DNA of 63,279 bases, filler included, from Patellaria atrata CBS 101060 (lineage: Eukaryota): the NCBI GenBank assembly GCA_010093705.1. It is 13 parts of 8 records of this genome, joined end to end, with 100 filler letters (N's around TTAATTAATTAA, not from the genome) between each part and the next. Parts side by side here need not be neighbours in the genome. Positions count along the whole stretch, not along the records: positions 59,790 to 63,279 come from MU006098.1; 12 more parts are not named here. One strand, 5' to 3'. Shown piece by piece: positions 59,790 through 63,279 of this stretch (its first letter is position 1; each line of letters starts with the position of its first letter). The translations under genes were made by a program, and so were the position numbers. The notes under the pieces were generated by a model, which was not told the origin of the DNA, did no database searches, and worked only from the letters and a program-made list of their open reading frames with translations.

Positions 59790-62700
59790 GCTTGAGAGTA
59801 TCAAGACCGAAGACCACGAGTTTATCCGGCACTCGAGAGTATCAAGACCGACGACGAGCAAACCACTACAAGATGGTTAGACCATCAGGAACAACGACGC
59901 GGGAAGACACCGTGAGAGACACCGGACCTACAGACCACCTTACTACGGAGCATAATACTAGACTAAAAGGGAAGAGTACTAGACATAACCGGCGCTCCTC
60001 AAAAGTCGCGCTAGTTAGCGTACCGATCACGGAGAAAATGCTCGAGGAGGACCTCCAAGATATGCTACAATGGTGCGAGGATAGGTGTGAGCGGCAGGAG
60101 CTAGGATATAAGACTACCCTAGGTCAAGAACATATTAATAGTATTGAAGATATTAAACGAGTACTGTAAGATGACCTAGATAACTTCGCAGAAGAATATT
60201 TACAAAGCCTATTACGACTAGTAGCCCGCGAGGAGCAAGTGAAGACACTAGCCGGGATAACTAGATAGCACCACGAAGAGATAGCGTAGAAGATAGCTAT
60301 ATATGAAGCTAACGAGGAGATTATAGAGGACCTCCAAAATGAGAATTAGGCCCTACGTGATTAGCTGGCGCGAGCACGGGCTAACCGGAACCGAACCGAC
60401 CGTGCTATAACGGAAGATATAATAGGAAACGCGAGAACCCTAGGGAGTAGAAGCGATAAGTCGAGCAAGTTCCCCGACCCACCTATACTAACCGATGGTA
60501 AGGATCCAACTTACCGAATATGGAAGAGCCAGTTGATGGACAAACTCGAGTGCAATGCCGACTAGTACCCAACGGATAGAGATCAGGTAGTATACACTAA
60601 GACGAGGATAGGTGGATGGTCAGCCGACCAGGTATATCCATACCTAGAGTCAAAAACGGAAGATAGCGAGACCGTCACACTTAAGGACCTACTTAGGTTT
60701 ATTCACCAGATTCATGAAGACCCTAATAGGCGTCTTAAGGCTAAAGATAAGCTGAGAAAGCTAAACTAGAGCTACCTAGCGGACTTTACGAAATTCTAGT
60801 TAGACTTTATCCGTCTAGCTACGGAGGCTAAGTTGTCTAGAGACTAATAGAAAGAAGAGATCCACGAGAAGCTATATAGTTCTCTACGATAGGTTATAAC
60901 GTTAGACGTGGTGAACGACAATATTAGTTTTAAAGAGTTCTGTCAACGAGTAACGCTCCAAGCACGAGGCCTAGAGAAGTAGAGCTAAGAGTCGAAAGAG
61001 CGACGAGAGAAGCAATAGAAGCGTAAGACCACCGGAGCAGCTTTAAATACCACGGTAACGAGTAGAACCACGACCTAGCGATCGGATAGAGTTTCGGGCA
61101 CAGCTACTCCTCTATAACAATTAATAGACTAGAGTACTACAACGGTTCGAAAGTTCACGGGAAATTGCTTCAACTGCGGCAAGCCGGGGCACCGATCGGC
61201 TAATTGCCGAGCATAAAGAAAGACAGCCGAGGTTAAGTCGGCTTAAGCGGAGCAAAACGAGTTAGGCCAGGAATTAGAACCGGAAAACGAGGAACCCTAA
61301 GTAGAGACTCCGCTTTAGGGTTATCAGTGGGAGTATTAAGAGCACTAGTAAGCGATCTAATCACGGAGGAACCTTTCACCATACCGTGCCGAGTATCAAG
61401 AAACGGAATCGTAATACAGCTTAGGGCCCTAATCGATATAGGAGCCTAAGGGTACGCCCTTCTAAATAGGAAGTGGTTACCTGTATTGAAACAACGACTA
61501 GGCATCGAGCCGAAGAAGATACCACGTATCGACGTGAAGGGTTTTGACAGCTTAATAGTAGAACCAATCGACGAGATAGTTGAAGCTAGTCTCGTGCTCG
61601 CTGGTAGGCGATGGAAAACCCCTATCCTAGTAACTAACACGGGCCGTACCGATATGCTGATCGGAAGAGAGTGGTTCTCAAAGACGGGCGGCCTACTAGA
61701 CTGTAAGCACAACGCGATCTTCTAGCCACTATAGGCCACAGCGATCGAGGACCAGCAACGAGACATTGTAATACTAAAGAGAGAATTGTAGACTATAGTA
61801 GATCCAGTCCACTAAGTCGATATGGAACGGAGAGATAAAGCATCCGATAAACGAGAGGCGCAGCGTCTAAAGGCCAGGGCCAGATAGAAGGAAAAGCCCA
61901 CACTATTTAGATGGAAACAACCGAGATCGTGGAGACGAGAACTAAATTCGAGTATACGAAGGATAGAGATAGAGCTATCGGATATAGTAGAAAAAGAGAC
62001 CCTAGAGCTTTTAGAGAAGCCGAAAGTAGGCCGACGTGTCGACGTATCCGGAATAGAGTTGAACATTTGTATAGTCGGTGCTGAAGGTTACCTACGGAAT
62101 GCTCGGAGACCGGACATGGTTATTGGAGCCACGAGTTTACACGAGATTAATTCTCTAATCCAAGATAGGCTCGGGGAAGACGAAGATCTATTACCAAACG
62201 ACGAGGAAGGGCTTAAGGCGATGGTACTAGAAAAGCTACCTATAGAGTATCATCACCTCTCTCACGTGTTCTCAAAGCACGCATCAGACCAGCTACCTCC
62301 CCATCGAGAGGGAGTTGACCATGACATTGTACTAGAGCAAGATAACAATCTGGCAACGAGCCCGCTATATAATATGCCGATCGAGCATCTTCAGTTGGCA
62401 AAGGACTACCTAGAAGAGCACCTCCAAAAAGGGTTTATCGAGCCGAGCGAGGCACCGTATGCATCTCCAGTATTGTTCGCCAAGAAGCCGGGTGGTGGTT
62501 GGAGATTCTGCGTGGACTACCGAAAGCTTAATAGTATCACTAAGAAAGATAAGTACCCATTACCACTTATAGAAGAGACGTTAGCCCGGCTACAACGCGT
62601 AAAGATATTCACGAAACTTGACGTACGGTAAGCATTCTACCGGATACGGATGATGGAGTCAGCTAAAGATCTCACCACGTTCCGAACCCGGTACGGCTCC

Positions 62701-63279
62701 TTCAAATATAAGGTGTTACTATTTAGTCTATATAATGGCCCCGTCTCTTTCTAACGGTTTATTAATAAGGCTCTCTTTAAATATCTAGATGACTTCTATA
62801 TAGCCTACGTGGACGACATTCTAGTCTATTCTACGTGCCCGATGGAGCATAGAGCGCACGTCACTAAGGTGCTGGAAGCGTTGGCCGAAGCTGGCCTACA
62901 GGCCGATATCAAGAAGAGCGAGTTCCACGTGACTAAGACAAGGTTCCTTGGATTTATTATTAGTACAGACGGCCTAGCTATGGACCTAGAGAAAATAGAA
63001 GTAGTCCGGAATTAGTAACTACCAACGAGCGTTAAAGGTATATAATCTTTTATCGGATTCTGTAACTTCTACCGGAAGTTCCTCGACAAGTTCGGACGAG
63101 TAATACGGCCACTGATGAGCCGTGTCAAGAAAGGAGTACCCTGGCAGCCGCTCGGGCTGAGAGAACGTGAGGCCTTTGAGAGAGCAAAACAACTGATACT
63201 ATCAGACCAAGTGATAGCGCACTACAGCCCCTTGCTAGAAACTAGGGTCGAATCAGACTGTAGCGACGGGGTAATGGCT
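59790..63279 (+). mobile_element. Gypsy family B sister subfamily: gag, frameshift site, protease and RT, lightly to moderately RIPped
   Basis: KFPDPP, CFNCGKPGHRSANC, G_GAA_AAC, WRFCVDYRKLN, YVDDIL. Confidence 0.92.

Overview
Filamentous ascomycete (Pezizomycotina) DNA. It is a pseudomolecule of about 13 contigs joined by artificial N-TTAATTAATTAA-N linkers, so adjacency across linkers is not biological evidence. The long contig at 2.4-23.5 kb carries core genes: a GT8-like glycosyltransferase, a DUF2235 protein, proteasome beta6 (PRE7), a SAP30BP/HCNGP-like gene and proteasome beta7 (PRE4). It also holds an intron-containing U6 snRNA gene and a tract of decayed orphan genes. The rest is accessory, TE-rich DNA at every stage of RIP decay: two Ty3/Gypsy families, a Ty1/Copia, Tad-like LINE pieces and a pogo/Fot1 fragment. 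Embedded in it are an intact HET-NB-ARC-TPR NLR gene and an intact 783-aa protein with the architecture of Spok meiotic-drive (spore killer) proteins. The top leads are: (1) the Spok-like gene; (2) a chromovirus carrying an antisense Zn2Cys6-like/coiled-coil ORF with signs of purifying selection, plus a Gag extension of seven tandem [C/H]-x7-C-x4-6-C-x2-H motifs; (3) a U6 snRNA whose spliceosomal intron contains a Pol III B-box. All family calls come from motif recognition by eye, not from database searches.
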